Shown: piece after piece, positions 37,931 to 50,380 of the stretch
How positions within the stretch are numbered: position 1 is the stretch's first letter
How the letters are laid out: each line of letters starts with the position of its first letter
Source: Lama glama
Taxonomy: Eukaryota
DNA: 64,000 nt
Direction: 5' to 3'
Assembly: GCA_028534125.1 (NCBI GenBank)
Contig: CM052817.1
Span: 56,360,001 to 56,424,000 of the forward strand
Notes under the pieces: generated by a model
The model's input: the letters and a program-made list of their open reading frames with translations, nothing else
Told to the model about the DNA's origin: nothing
Databases searched by the model: none
Made by a program: the position numbers and the translations under genes

Positions 37931-39699
37931 ATTCAGATAATATTGGTAATCATGGTATTAATTATAAGGTATGACCTGTGAATATTGTCTCATTTGCTGA
38001 AGTTTGGAAATTCTAAAAAGGCAAACTAGGTAAGTGTTTTGTTTCATTACTTTTTTTATCATTATTATTTTGCCTCATTACTTTTCGAAAAGATTTCTTT
38101 CAGCAAGCACCTATTTTATACAAACCTATTTCATCTAAATACAATGCCTCCTCTGAGGCTTTTACCAAACTTTCTTTGGTTTTCTCTCATTTCCTCTTAA
38201 ACATGCAGTAATATTAATGCCCCCTAGTCTCTCTAAATGGTAGTTTACTTTAATAGAACTAGTTTATAGACACTCAAATAAAAATAATTATTCTTTTATC
38301 AGTCTTGCAGTTCAATCTTACCGTCAGTCTTTATGTGTTTTGTTTAATCATTAGTTATATCCTTTGCCTTAGCACAGATTTTTTACTTCTTAACTTTTCA
38401 ACTCAAGCCCATTCTCAGGTGTTAAAATCTCTAAGAATACTTAGGTTATAGGACTGTAGGTTTTAACTGTCTTCATCTTTCCATTATATTATTGTACTTA
38501 AAGATGATAATGATAATAATTATATATGGATACTTATAAATATGTATCTTTACTTTTTATTTTAAGAGGTGCTATATTTGGAAGAATTATCACAGCAGAA
38601 ATAATTCCAGATGACACAAAACCAGATTTTTATTGTCACACAGAATAAATCAATTGGTTTATAATGGATGAAATTTTAGCCTTCTAAGAAAGTAAAACTT
38701 TTAAGAACATAAAAAGGTACAACTCTGGAGGGGGAAGTATTTTTATCCACATTAATGGATTTTCCGAAAGCAATATCTGAAGTAACTTTAAAACATCTTT
38801 TATAGCCACGAACAGCTTATTTTTATAACAAAATGAAAAATATGACTGTGGATTTCTTGTTTGTTTAATTGAAATGTATAGTCAGTTCCCTTTGAAAGCC
38901 TTAATTTTGACCTTTCTAAATGCACAATTTCATTCCTGTGTTAAATAGGAATTCTCATAATTTATTTAATATTCTAATTTTGCTATTTCTTCTCATTATT
39001 ATATTTAGCCTAGAAACCTACTTAAAGCATAAATTTATATAAATAGTAGAAGTAACATTACTTTCTCTCTTTATATTTATTTTCAGATTTGAAAGATAGC
39101 AAAGAAAAGTGTAGACTTTTGATACTCTTACATGAAAGTCACTGACCTCTCTAAGAATTACTAAGGAGGAATGACAAGATAAAGAACTGGTAAATATTTA
39201 GATTCCAACCTTTTTCAACTCTTAGCCATTAAGGTAAGTGTTTTTTAAAGAGAGTTTGACAAATGTTTTTAAATTATATTGCCCTTGTTAGATACTGTAA
39301 TGATTATTGATGACTTTTGGCTCTCTTCAAATGGTGGGGAATTCTTCACATTAAAGCTTTAATCGTAATGTTTCAAATACTTTCACAAACCTTTTTCTGT
39401 TGTTTAACATTCATGGGACACCTAAAACCTTGAGGCAGCTAAGAAATCAGTTCACCTGCAAGACAGGAAATAAATCAGATAATAGGACAGCTACAAATAA
39501 AATGGTGGGCTCAAAACAGAACTAGGCACAATCAGCTAATTATTCCACTTAACAGTGTTTCTCAGTATTTATTAGCAGATATTTATTCCACAGGTATTAT
39601 CAGCTAATTGTTCCACTTATATCTTTAGCAATAAAATATCTTTGTCTATTGAGTATATTTGATTATAGAATATATCAAGTAGTGAAGCAGTAAATACAT

Positions 39700-39990
39700 A
39701 TTTATTCAATAAATATGTGAAGAGTTGCCAATGTGCACAAATTAATGGGACAAACAGTAAGATCGGAAGTGAAAATGAGTAATGTCCAGACTACATTCTC
39801 AAGGGATGTGTAACCTAGTTTTGAAGATATCTATGCATAGTTATAATTAACATCAAAATGCAGTTAGTGTGGTAAAACAATATAAATAAAACCATTTTCG
39901 TAGTTCAAAAAGAGGAAGACACACCTTTTTTTGCCCAAGATCAGAGAAATCTCATGGAAGAAGGTGACATTCAGTTATGCCTTGCATTGT
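39700..39990 (-). mobile_element. L2 3' end remnant
   Basis: ttattcaataaatatgtgaagagttgccaatgtgc...ctcatggaagaaggtgacattcagtt. Confidence 0.55.
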
Positions 39991-40204
39991 AAGAATTTTG
40001 TTCTTTTAGACAAATGTAACTGAAATCAGTCTGTGTGCCCAACAATAATGTTAAGAGTTTGTGTAAAGCAGGCAGAGAGCTAATATTTACTGAACACCTT
40101 CAATGCACCAAATGCTGGCTGTATTTTTTTTTCAGTTGCTTGATTATTTTTTTAATTGAAGTATAGTCAGTTTACAATGTGTCAATTTCTGGTGTTTTAA
40201 GCCC

Positions 40205-40800
40205 TTTATTAGTTTTTTGTTTGTTTGTTTTTGTTTTTGTTTTTCTGTGGCTTAACAAATTATCACAAATATGGTGTCCTAAAGCATCACAGATGTGTTA
40301 CCTCATGGTTCTTTAGGTCAAAAGTTTAGCTTGGCTGGCTGGGTTTTTCTTAGGATATCACAAGGATGAAATCAAAGCGATGATCGGGCTAAGCTCTAAC
40401 TTGTACGCTCTGGGAAGACTCTTCTAAGCTTATTCAGGATATTGGTAGAATCTAGTTCCTCACAGTTGTAGATCTGAAGTTCCTGTTTCCTTGTTGCTAT
40501 CAGTCATGGGCTGGTTTCTGCTCCTAGAGGCCTGTGTATTCCCTCTCATGTGTCCCCTGCAAGTTCAAAGCAGCAACAGGGTATTGAGCCCTTCTCACGC
40601 TTCACATCTCTGACAGCCACTTCTGCTACATCTGTTTCCTCTTCTGCCTTGGTCTTCTTCCATTATCCAGAGAAAGTTCTCTAATTAAGGGCTTATGTGA
40701 TTAATTAAAGCCCATCTGGATAATTTCTCCTTTTTTCAGATAAATCGTTCTATGTAACATAACATAATCCATGATCATCACCTTTACAGGTACTGGCAAT
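40205..40800 (-). mobile_element. MLT1E-like MaLR LTR
   Basis: taacaaattatcacaaa...cacaaggatgaaatcaaag...ggtagaatctagttcctcacagttgtagatctgaagttcctgtttccttg...ttaagggcttatgtgatta...cccatctggataat. Confidence 0.8.
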
Positions 40801-41307
40801 GAGGACTTGTCTGATTCCAATGTTCAAGTTGGAAGCTCCACTGTCCATAAAATTAGCAATGTTCAAAATTGTGAGTTTTTTTTAAACCCCATACTTATCC
40901 TAGTCAGAAACATTGCATTTATCAGGTAGACTGCTTCAAAAGATTATTGTGGTTCTGAACTATTTTGAAATTATAAGTCCCTGACAAGAGCACATTGAAG
41001 AAATTTCATTTCCAGAGGCACATCAGGTAGAAAATGGGCACTCCAAGGGGATTCATGCTAGACCTGCCAAGGCAGCACTCTGGTGCCCAGATGAACATAG
41101 GGGCACCTGGGATTCCCCAGACCAGACCTACTCTTTTATCCACATGGACAACTACAGCATGAACATGATACCATAAGACTACGTAGATCACAATTTCAAG
41201 ACCCCAGAAGAACATAATGGCCCCATAGAATCTCTAACCAGACCCTTTTATCAACCTGGATGATTTTTGAATGGACTTGGTACCACTGGATCCAGCTGGT
41301 CCTACAT

Positions 41308-43053
41308 CAAAAAAGGATAAAATACTTAAGATTAAACTTAACCAAAGAGGTAAAAGACTTGCATAATGGAAACTACAAAATGTTGCTGAAAGAAATTAAA
41401 GACGACACAAATAAATGGAAAGACATCCTGTGCTCATAGACTGGAAGGCTTAATATTGTTAAGATGTCAACACTCCTCAAAGCAACCTGCAGATTTAATG
41501 AAATCCTCATAAAAATCCCAGGAGTGTTTTTTTTTTTTCCAGAAGTAGAAAATTGCATCCTAAAATCCATGGAATCTCAAGGGACTAGTAATAGCAAAAA
41601 CAATCTTGAAAAAAAAAATTGGAAGTCTCATACTTCCCGATTTCAAAGCTTAGTATATATAAAGCTACAGTAATCAAACAAAATGCTACTAGCATAAAGA
41701 CAGACACATAGACCAACAGAAAAGAATAGAGAGCCCAGATATACACATGCACATGTGTGGTCAAATAATTTTGACAGGGATGCCACGACATTTCCATGGA
41801 AAAAACTGTCTCTTCAACAAATGTGCTGGGAAAACTGGATATCCACATACAAAAGAATGAATTTGGGGGATCCTTACCTTAGCATATATAAAGATTACCT
41901 CAAAATGGATTAAAGACTTAAATATTAGACCTAAAACTATGAAACTCTTAGTAGAAAATCTTGAGGGAAAAGCTTCATGACACTGAATTTGGCAATGATT
42001 TCTCGGCTGTGACACCAAAAAATATGACAGTGGTAAGAAAAGTAAATATAGATAAATTGGACTGCATGAAAACTTCTGTGCATCAAAGAATACAACAGAG
42101 CAAAAAAAGTGGCCTACAGAAAGGGAGAAACTATTTGCAAATTATGTCTTTTATGAAGGTTAATATCTAGAATAAATAAAGAACTCCTTTATCTCACAAC
42201 AAGAAAAACACAAACAACCCAAATAAAAATGGGCAAAGATCTTGAATAAATATTTCTCCAAAGAAGATATACAAATGGCCAACAAGCACATGAAAAGATG
42301 TTCTAGTTCACTGGTCCCTAGGGACGTGCGAGTGGAAACCACAATGAAATACCACCTAATACCCAAGAGGACGGCGACTATTGAAAGAACAGAAAAGAAC
42401 AACTTTTAGGAGAAACTGGAACACTTGTACACTGTTGGTAGAAATGTAAAGTGCAGCCACTATGGAAAACAATGTGGTGGTACCTCAGAAAATTAAACAT
42501 AGAATTTCTGTATGATCTAAATTTTTCATTTCTGGTATATATACGAAAGAACTGAAACCAGGGACTTAATTAGGTATTTAGCAATACATAGCAACATTAT
42601 TCACAATAGCTAAAGGTTGGATGAAACGCAGGAGTTCATCAACAGATGATTGAATAAACGAAATGTGGCATATACATACAATGGAAGAGTATTCAGCCTT
42701 AAAAAGGAAGGAAATTCTGACACACACTACAATATGGGTGAAACTTGAGGAAATTGTGCTATAGAATAAGCAAGTCACAAAAAAGACAAATACTGTATGA
42801 TTTCACTCATATGAGGTACCTAGAGTAGTCAGATTCATAGAAACAGAAATTAGAAGGGTGGTTACCAGGGTCTGGGGGTTGTGGGGAATGGAGAGCAGTT
42901 GTTTAATCAGTACAGTTTGTTTGCAAGAAGAAAAGTGTTCTGGAGATTGGTTGCACAACAATGTGAATGTACTTAACACTATGGAACTGTACGCTGAAAT
43001 TGCTTAAGGTGGTAAATTTTATGTTATGTACATTTTACCACAATTGAAAAATA
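41308..43053 (+). mobile_element. L1MB-type LINE, ORF2 3' half plus 3' UTR (disrupted)
   Basis: Translation [52 protein letters not shown] matches L1 ORF2, with stops and frameshifts. Ends in an L1MB-type terminus (ttctggagattggttgcacaacaatgtgaatgtacttaacac...accacaatt). Confidence 0.92.
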
Positions 43054-43139
43054 TATTCTAAAAGGATTCTAAAAAATTATTGATGATTTGTAAACAGCAG
43101 ATTTTATCTAGTGTTATACTGTTATTTTAGGAAATGTAT

Positions 43140-43168
43140 ACACACACACATACACACACACACACACA
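43140..43168. repeat. Imperfect (AC)n microsatellite
   Basis: Seen directly. Confidence 0.9.
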
Positions 43169-44124
43169 AGATACATGAAGTAAAAATGGAGTCATCAGGG
43201 AGAAATCTATTCTTGGTTTATAGGAGGATCTGGGAAATTCTGAAGGAAAGTCAAAGTTTAATTCATTCAATATTACTTTCACATAGGTTATTTGTTCATT
43301 TATATACTTCTGCCCATCATCCAATTGTTTACTCATATGGTACCAAACAGCTGCATATTTGGAAACATGCTACAAATGTTTTTGTCTCACTCTCTATGGA
43401 TTGACAGGTAGACAGAAAACACATTTCAATTTTCTCTGCAATTTTGGCAGACTATACTAGAAGACCTATACTCAGAATATTTATATTTTATTTAAATGTC
43501 ATGACCTTCTTTTCATAAATGGTGGTTGATCCTTAAGAATATATAATTCTGAACCAAACTAATTTTCATTAAAAGAATGCATGTATACATATGTTTTAAA
43601 GGCAATATTTACAATATTTGAGAGGATACTATAATTTCTAATTACATAACATCAATTGTCTTAAGAGAAAGAAATTGGAAATGTTGGGTGGGGATAAAGA
43701 AGGCATATATTATTCATGCTTTCATTATATACCTCTGTTATTGTTATAATGAGATTAACTTTTTAAAGAATCCATCATGATATGAAAAAAAACTTATTCA
43801 AAATATCCTTTCATCAACACTATACTTCTTTCTGATAACAATGTTTGTATCTTCTGGAAGAAAATTTTGCCTTTAATTCAAATGCAGAAATCCCTCAACA
43901 AGATCTTTATAAGTGGAAGACGTACATAATTTTTATTCTTTGGGTTATTTTCCTACAAATGCGTTGAGCCTAATGCTATTGTGGTGACCTTCAATAATGC
44001 ATTAAATTTAAAACTCAAGAAAGCACAAATGCTTAAGTAATGTAGAAGTTCTGAGAGTAACAACAATTTTTCTAGCCTTAATTTTAGCTGGATTTAGGGC
44101 ACAGGAAATCTAGTCACTAATAAC

Positions 44125-44360
44125 GATAATAATATTTTATATTTCTGGACCATTTTAAACTGTAGAGAGTCAATCATTTATTTTCATTGTATTCATAAAA
44201 TAATCCTTGAAGTTTCTGTCATCATCCAAACTCTGTGATGAAAAAACCTGATAATAAGATGTTGGGTAACTTGCCAAAAGTCAAAGCCAGTGTGTGACAG
44301 AGTTGCGAAGAAACTCAGAGGTATTTGAGTTTAATTCTAGTTTCTTTTCTTGCTTCTGTC
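44125..44360 (-). mobile_element. MIR SINE remnant
   Basis: gatgaaaaaacctga...ggtaacttgccaaaagtcaaagccagtgtgtgacagag matches the antisense core. Confidence 0.6.
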
Positions 44361-44964
44361 ATATTTCAAAACTACATAGATGGCCATTTGTTGGGTTCTT
44401 GGAGCATACTCTAATTTTGCCAGTCTTTGCTTGATACTCTGTCTGCCCCAGAAAAGGAAAGTTGCTCTTTCTTCCGACAAAGTGGCATGCTGCCATTACA
44501 ACATCCTTTAATAAATAAACACATCTATTCAATGCCACAACAAATTAGAAAGTACTTATTTCTGTTCAGTGAGCCGGATGAAATCAATAATCACCAGGGA
44601 GTTGCCACTATAATTCATTAGAGCCGTTCTTTGGGCCTCAGTAATCAGCTCAGAGAATGGAGCCAAAGTCCGGATTCACTGGGGAGAGAAAGTTAAGATC
44701 AAGTGTCTCAGCTCAAGTGATAATACTATCTAGTAATCATTGCATTACAGACTTCCACACTTCAAAGAGCTGAATTTCCTTCTCAGTAATGGAAGAAATG
44801 GTTCCAGAATCACCCGCTAATTTTGAGAACAAAACCTAACATTTAAAAAAAATTTTTTAAATCATAATATAAGCTGAACAAGATAATGGCAAGGTTTTTT
44901 GAAAGGTATTATGATATTCTGGTCTTTTTGGCCCCCCAAGTCCATCTCATTGGTCACAATTCAA

Positions 44965-45390
44965 CAGCTCCTCCCTTGTCTATTTCACGACTTAATACAT
45001 TCAGTTTCCTCTCTCAAAATCTCCTTTTCTCTTCTACTTTAATGTTGGCAGCTTTAGGGCACATTCCTTGATTATGTTGTTTTCTCTATACCTAAATTCA
45101 TTTTTTGAGTGGTATTATTCAGTTTCATAGTTTAAAATAACATTCAAATGGCCATAAATCCTGAATTTATGTGTTGATTCCAGATTGTCTGCTGAGCTGT
45201 GGACTCAGATATCTAATTTGCCATGACACACTGGCATCTCCATTTGGATGTCTAAAAAAATTTCAGACTCGGTATGTCCAGACCTGAATCCCTCATTTCC
45301 TCCTAAAGCCACTCCGCTCAACCATCTCAGTTGATAGCAACTCCATCCTTTAGTTGTTCTGATTCCCAGGCTCCAGAATCGTAATTTTGC
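44965..45390 (+). mobile_element. L2 LINE fragment
   Basis: ggcatctccatttggatgtctaaaaaaatttcagactcggtatgtccagacctgaatccctcatt...catctcagttgatagcaactccatcctttagttgttc. Confidence 0.75.
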
Positions 45391-47219
45391 AGTGGTGCTA
45401 TCTAGATCTCCCAGGTCCAAAAAAGGACTGTATGATATATATGAAAAACATTTTTTAATTTGTTTTTGTAGGTTTTTAAAAAATTCCATTTGCCTAACAC
45501 AATAATCTCCTTATAATAATTTATTTAACTGATGTCCTTTCAGAGAATTTTTGGGCACTGGTTTTATTTTAATAAGAAATGTTTAACGAAGACATTCTTA
45601 ATGCCATTAGGTCTACAGACTTTCTATTTGTCCTGCTGTCTAAGAAACATTCTCAGAATTAAGTTCAGGATATCCTATACCTGCTCTTCTTTGGTGGGGG
45701 TGTAACAAAAAGGTGTTCCTGGTCCTGAATACATTTAGTTGCACTCAGTGTAACTAAAATGAGGACAAATTTAAAGGACTCTCTAGAGGCCAGAAGTTTC
45801 AGCATCATCCAGGCCAGATATGAGACACCCTGACATAGGAAATACAATTATGAATTACAAGTTTGAGACATTGGTAAAGCAAACCCCCAAATCTTATGCA
45901 AGATAAGGACAAAGCAGAAAGAGGAAGGTTAATCCAGGAAGGTATTCATTCCTTCAGCAGCGGCATTGAAGAGCAATTCAGTGACTTCCCACTTTCCAGC
46001 ACTCTCATATATCACTAACATAGATCAGTATGTCATCAACAAAATGCAAACCATATTAAGTACTAGTTGAAATGCTCTGGTTACATGTTCGATGCCTGGG
46101 AAAAATTTAGAAAGTACTATTTGGGTTTAAATCACGTGGAATCCAAAATATTTTCATTGTACTGTTAAGTTTCTTTTCCTTTTTGTATGGAAATTACAAC
46201 AATTATCATTTAAAGAAATATTTTTTAAAGATATCTTCTAGTTTTCCCAAATTAAAAAAAAATGACATGTAAGAACTTCAATTTTACTTTTTTGAAGTAT
46301 TTAATATGCATTAATTTATGTAATATGGTCCTGCATCGCCACACATTTTCTTTATAAACATCTAAATATAATCAATTTTAAAATAACAATAAATACAAAA
46401 TACATATTTAAAAACATAATTATTTGAAACATATAAAACTACTTTTGTGACTTTTTGTAACTGAATAGATGGAAATGTATTTTATTAACGTTTTTAGTGT
46501 TTATTTGAAAATCTAAGCTCATAGTTGCAATGCAGAAAAATAGTATAAAATAAAATTTGTTTTGAATTAAAACAGCTCTACATTGGAATGTTTTAGATTA
46601 GTTCACTCTGTCAGTTCAACTAATTTTGTACTCCTATGTCAATATGTTAACTAGAAGAAATTTGGTCCCACAGATGAAACGCTCAACTCCAGCTTTGCCT
46701 TTTCTCAAATTCTCGCATTCAGTTTTTCAGAATAGTCTGAATTAATGAGTCATTTTTATGATAAAACTCTGAAAGAAACATTAAAATGATAAATGTATCG
46801 CAAACTTAGGAGAGAGCTGGTGTAAAAAAAACAACAACAATACTTCTAATAATAAATAATTCTCTCAACTGCTGAATTTTCTGCTCAATACCTTCTTAGG
46901 AAGATGTCAGAATGAAGCATTAAAGGTTGCTCAACTCCATCAGAATGGAATAGAGTGGCAATCTCAAAGAGAAAGGAACTGGAAGAATCAGTAAAGCTCC
47001 GCAGGACGGCCCCACAGAGAGCGGAATGGAATTAGCAGTATGAGCACATAGGACAGAATAGATGTTTTAAATTTATTTTTCATTTAGTTCTCACAACAAA
47101 ACTAGATGTGATTTTTCTCAGCGTAAGGGCGAAGAGAACATGGTTTAAAAAGTTTTAATGACTTAAAAAATAAGAATTATAATTTGCTAAGCCAAATTTA
47201 AAACCAAGATCTGTCAGAA

Positions 47220-47395
47220 CCGGCTGCTCAGAGTGTGGTCCATGGAGCCGCTGGGTTTAGTATCAGCTGGGAGCTTGTTGGAAAAGCCCCCCTTGGCCCC
47301 ATCTCAGAGGTACTGAGTCAGTCTGTAGGGGTGGCATTCAGAAATTGGTTTAAAGAAACTCTCCGAGAGGTTCAAATGTAAACCACGGTTTTAGA
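47220..47395. mobile_element. MER5A-like hAT-Charlie element, adjacent to an antisense MIR at about 47060-47215
   Basis: ctgctcagagtgtggtcc...agtatcagctgggagcttgttggaaa...ggccccatctcagaggtactgagtcag. Confidence 0.7.
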
Positions 47396-50244
47396 AGGCA
47401 ATGCCCGATACTACACGGGGACTTGGAATTGGGCTTCGTTTATCATATTTACAACAATGTGTCCTTGTACAAACCACTCTATATATCATTTTATCCTCTT
47501 TATAAAGGTGAAAAAAATCCTCCATGCCTTTCCTATACAATCTTTCAAAGAGAACAGTGTATCCTGCAAAGTATTATAAAGTATAAATATTGGAATATAT
47601 TTCTATCATCAGTCATAATTAGCATAGCCATTTTCATGTCAACATGTATGAAATATATGAAGTTAAAATTCTCTAAAGGAAGAAGCTGAAATGTCATCCC
47701 CCAATCTTGTTATTTCATCTCTTTTGTCAAGAGTTCTTAGCAATTGCCCCTGACCATGATAGTAACTGATGGCCTTGTAAACACGATTATCTCTTTTGAG
47801 GGTCTGCTTTTCCAACTTTAGAGACAATTAGCTTCCTTCAGTTATTAAATTCAACATTGAAATAGAAACTTTTTTTTTAGGAGAATAAGATTTTTAGATC
47901 TGAACAAAGTCTGCTTCTACATAAAGGGCAGTGCAAAGTTAAAATTAAAACTCGTCATTCATATTTTAATTTAACAGAAGGTTTGAGCCAGCTGTCTGGG
48001 CTAAATGTCAAGCATTCAGAAATTGATCTGTCAGAGACAGAATAAGTTTGTAGAAATAGGAGTTGGTGCTTTGTGTCACAAGGGTTAAGTCTCTCCCTAA
48101 TTCTCTTCCATAATTATTTCATAACATGAGTTTGTGAATGTGTATGTGTGCGTACAAGTGCATGAATAATGCATAAGCATATTATGTTTTTAGAAACTTA
48201 TAAATAAGGATAATTTTGAAATAGAGAAAGTTACACTTTTTGAAGATCGACTGTGTATCTTCTTACTGTTTTTCTCAAATCTAGAATTTTGCATTAATCC
48301 CTCCCAATATTTCTCAAATTAGCAAATGTGATCCCCTTCTCTCTTAGGTTTTTTTTTTTTTTAATAACAGACAAAGCACACAGTTGTGGATATACACATT
48401 GCATGCCAAACCAAACATAAGCTTGAATCAAACATTTTAAACTTTTTCAATGTGTTGGACTGTATTAAGAGGAATAATCTGCATATCTAAACCTTAACCA
48501 ATCAGTCTAATCACAGAGTTCACTATTATTATTTAAACAGTGATTTTAAAATAGATTTTTAGCTTGTTCAAACAGTTCAGTTTGGGAAATATTTGAAAAA
48601 GGCACTTGTCTCAAATATTACATATTTAATTTACTCTTTTAAAATATGATCAAAGAATATTAAACTTTTATTTGTTTCTGTCAATAAGTTGTGTTATTTA
48701 TATGGTGGTAAAATTTTGCTTTATAACAAGGGAAATAGTTCCTCAAAATAATTTGTGGCAAGTCTGTTTCTCTGCTGCACATGCATGCATTTTCTTTGTC
48801 TCTTTTTTCTTAAAAAGAATCTTTGACACTTTAGATTTATTTAATCAAGTAACAGTTAATACAATATTTTCCAATAATTGAAAAATTATTCTTATAAAAT
48901 TTGGGCCCTTTGTGATTTCTATGTCCATGTAGTCTGTAATACTTAGGCTCCATGTTTCTGAGAACTTGAGTTAGACTTTGTGCAGCAATATGATTGGATA
49001 TTGAGTCAGTTTGTGAATGTCCTTAAAATAAAAGAAAAAAAGTAGTTGTCATGGGATGCTCTATGTGAACTGGACTCTCAGATGTCAGTGGGAAGAGACC
49101 CTGGAGTACCATGTTAATTACTTGCAAGTTTCAGTATCACTGCCGAGTTTCTACACACCACGAGCACTTCCCTTAGATCAGAGAAAGGACTGGATTTTCA
49201 AAACAGTTTCCTAGATGTTTCACTTACTCTCTAGGAGTAAAGACAATACAATGTGCTTTTAGACCTCCTCCCTAGGATGAGAATTTCCAACATAGAGGTG
49301 CCCCCATGGTAAAAGGGAAGTTTTCCTTGAAGAGGGAAAGGACATCCCCTTCTGATTAAGATGTTTTCAAACTTACATCTCTCTGATCCATTTATTTTCC
49401 CCTAGATTTTACAAGGAGAAAATAAGTAAAGTAAATTGTTTTTACTGATGCACTTGCCTTGAAATCCTTGAAATAAGATGGAATGACATGAAAATAGGGA
49501 TGAAAACATATTTTGGATACATAGACAAAATTCTGAAGATGCAATAAAAATGTGATGTGTGGTCTGGCTGGCAGGGCAGAAATATGAGATAAAGAGATGA
49601 AAAATTGCTCCAGAGATAAGTTGGGGTCTTGAGTTTTAAAAGCTGAGTGTGATAAAGTTGGGCGAATATTACATTTAGGTTACTCCTCCTCCTCCTCCCC
49701 AACTCTATTGAAGGAGAGATTAATCCCTCAAAGAGAACATTGCTAACACTTCAAAAATCCAATTTGTGATCAACGTTCAAGTGTCTGAGAATACACATTT
49801 ATAATCTTAACAACCTAGTCACTCTAAACTTGGAGGAAACTGCCATTCATTTTCAAATGTCAGAAGATGTCATACCCTGAGGAGAAAATTAACATCAGAA
49901 AGAAAAAAAAATGATGAAAAATTGAAGAAAGAAGAGTAAAAGATGTGGTACTTCTGTTCCCCTGACAATAATGTTTAGCTGGCTGGTACTAGAGCAAATA
50001 TTTTGGATTTAATATTTTAGTAGGAAGACTTAATGATTTTTTCATGCTCTTTATTAAATACTTAAGGATATAGAGAAGGTCTGCTTCAAGGCAGATGGAA
50101 ATGGTAGGAGAAAAGTCTCAGAAGAAAAATAATAAGTATGTTTTGTATGTGAAGTATGGGTCTCATACACTAAAATCCATCTTCTCAAAACATAAAATTA
50201 AAATACTCAATTGAAACAGACTTGTAAAAATTATTATTAATGTC

Positions 50245-50380
50245 AGGAAGTTTTCATTTTCTCATCTATAAAATGATAATAACTGTTATCACAGTTTCTA
50301 TGAAGCTTAATGAGAAAATCATAAAAGTTGTAGCAGAGTTCGTGGCACAGACTACGGACTTGTTAAATGTCGGTTATCCT
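50245..50380 (+). mobile_element. MIR 3' half
   Basis: ttttctcatctataaaatgataataa...tgaagcttaatgagaaaatc...gtggcacaga...taaatgtcggttat. Confidence 0.6.

Noticed and set aside
41083..41107. ggtgccc...gggcacc inverted repeat as a structured RNA
   Set aside because: A 7-bp stem is expected by chance; no tRNA, snoRNA or miRNA architecture.
41373..42778. Cluster of 60-90 aa ORFs on both strands
   Set aside because: Fragments and antisense frames of a frameshifted L1 ORF2, not a host gene.
46900..47051. Purine-rich exon-like segment after ttcttag
   Set aside because: No single frame stays open from the acceptor to a strong donor, and I recognise no peptide.
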